From the NCBI GenBank assembly GCA_041746255.1, contig JBGTHM010000042.1:1-15570 (forward strand): 15,570 bases of DNA, in the 5' to 3' direction. The position numbers and the translations under genes are program-made. The notes under the pieces are model-generated. The model had not been told where the DNA came from. It saw only the letters and a list, made by a program, of their open reading frames with translations, and ran no database searches. Of this stretch, positions 15,353 to 15,570 are shown one piece after another (the first letter of the stretch is position 1; each line of letters starts with the position of its first letter). Source of the stretch: Fibrobacteria bacterium. Lineage in GTDB: Bacteria > Fibrobacterota > Fibrobacteria > UBA11236.

Positions 15353-15570
15353 AGCAAGTCCCGCCGGTCATAAATCCTTAAGGCCTCAAGCAATTGTACC
15401 AAGCCTTCGCGGGTGGCGTAAATCTCCCGGCGCAGCTTCGCCATTTTAAGGGTTTTCTTGGTTTCGGCTATATGCCGCTTAATGGCTGGCTCATTTATTT
15501 GACCGGACTTCAAAAAACTTCCGAAATAGGGGCCGAGGTGCCAAGTGGCCCGTGCCGCCTGCTCCTTCAA
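15349..15570 (-). CDS. 3' end of an unidentified CDS entering from beyond the window
   Basis: Frame open to the window edge; helical-looking sequence ending LRIYDRRDLL; its TAG overlaps the TAA of the convergent GNAT gene. Confidence 0.5.
   Translation of the reverse strand: MKEQAARATWHLGPYFGSFLKSGQINEPAIKRHIAETKKTLKMAKLRREIYATREGLVQLLEALRIYDRRDLL

Noticed and set aside
1..15570. CRISPR array, integron cassettes or IS element
   Set aside because: I saw no regularly spaced repeats, attC-like sites, terminal inverted repeats or transposase/integrase ORFs.

Overview
Bacterial accessory region dominated by secreted, carbohydrate-related proteins. The signal peptides and T9SS/FlgD-like C-terminal tails suggest the FCB group, possibly Fibrobacterota (inference). 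In order: two tandem paralogous secreted proteins of unknown function, each followed by a terminator-like hairpin; a PAS-AraC regulator; a co-oriented minus-strand run (di-haem oxidoreductase family protein, alginate-lyase-domain protein, hydroxypyruvate-isomerase-like TIM barrel, PL14-like lyase, a 35-aa signal-peptide-only ORF, a third distant copy of the unknown domain, and a DUF5060 protein); a 648-bp hairpin-rich divergent intergenic region; a PQQ-type glucose/sorbosone dehydrogenase-family protein; VOC/PhnB and GNAT pseudogenes; and a partial ORF at the right edge. I saw no mobile element, CRISPR array, tRNA or rRNA. The best leads are the triplicated unknown secreted domain with loop-restricted divergence, the shared minimal C-terminal motif, and a possible attenuator/riboswitch-like leader upstream of the dehydrogenase. 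All family calls come from motif recognition, not database searches.
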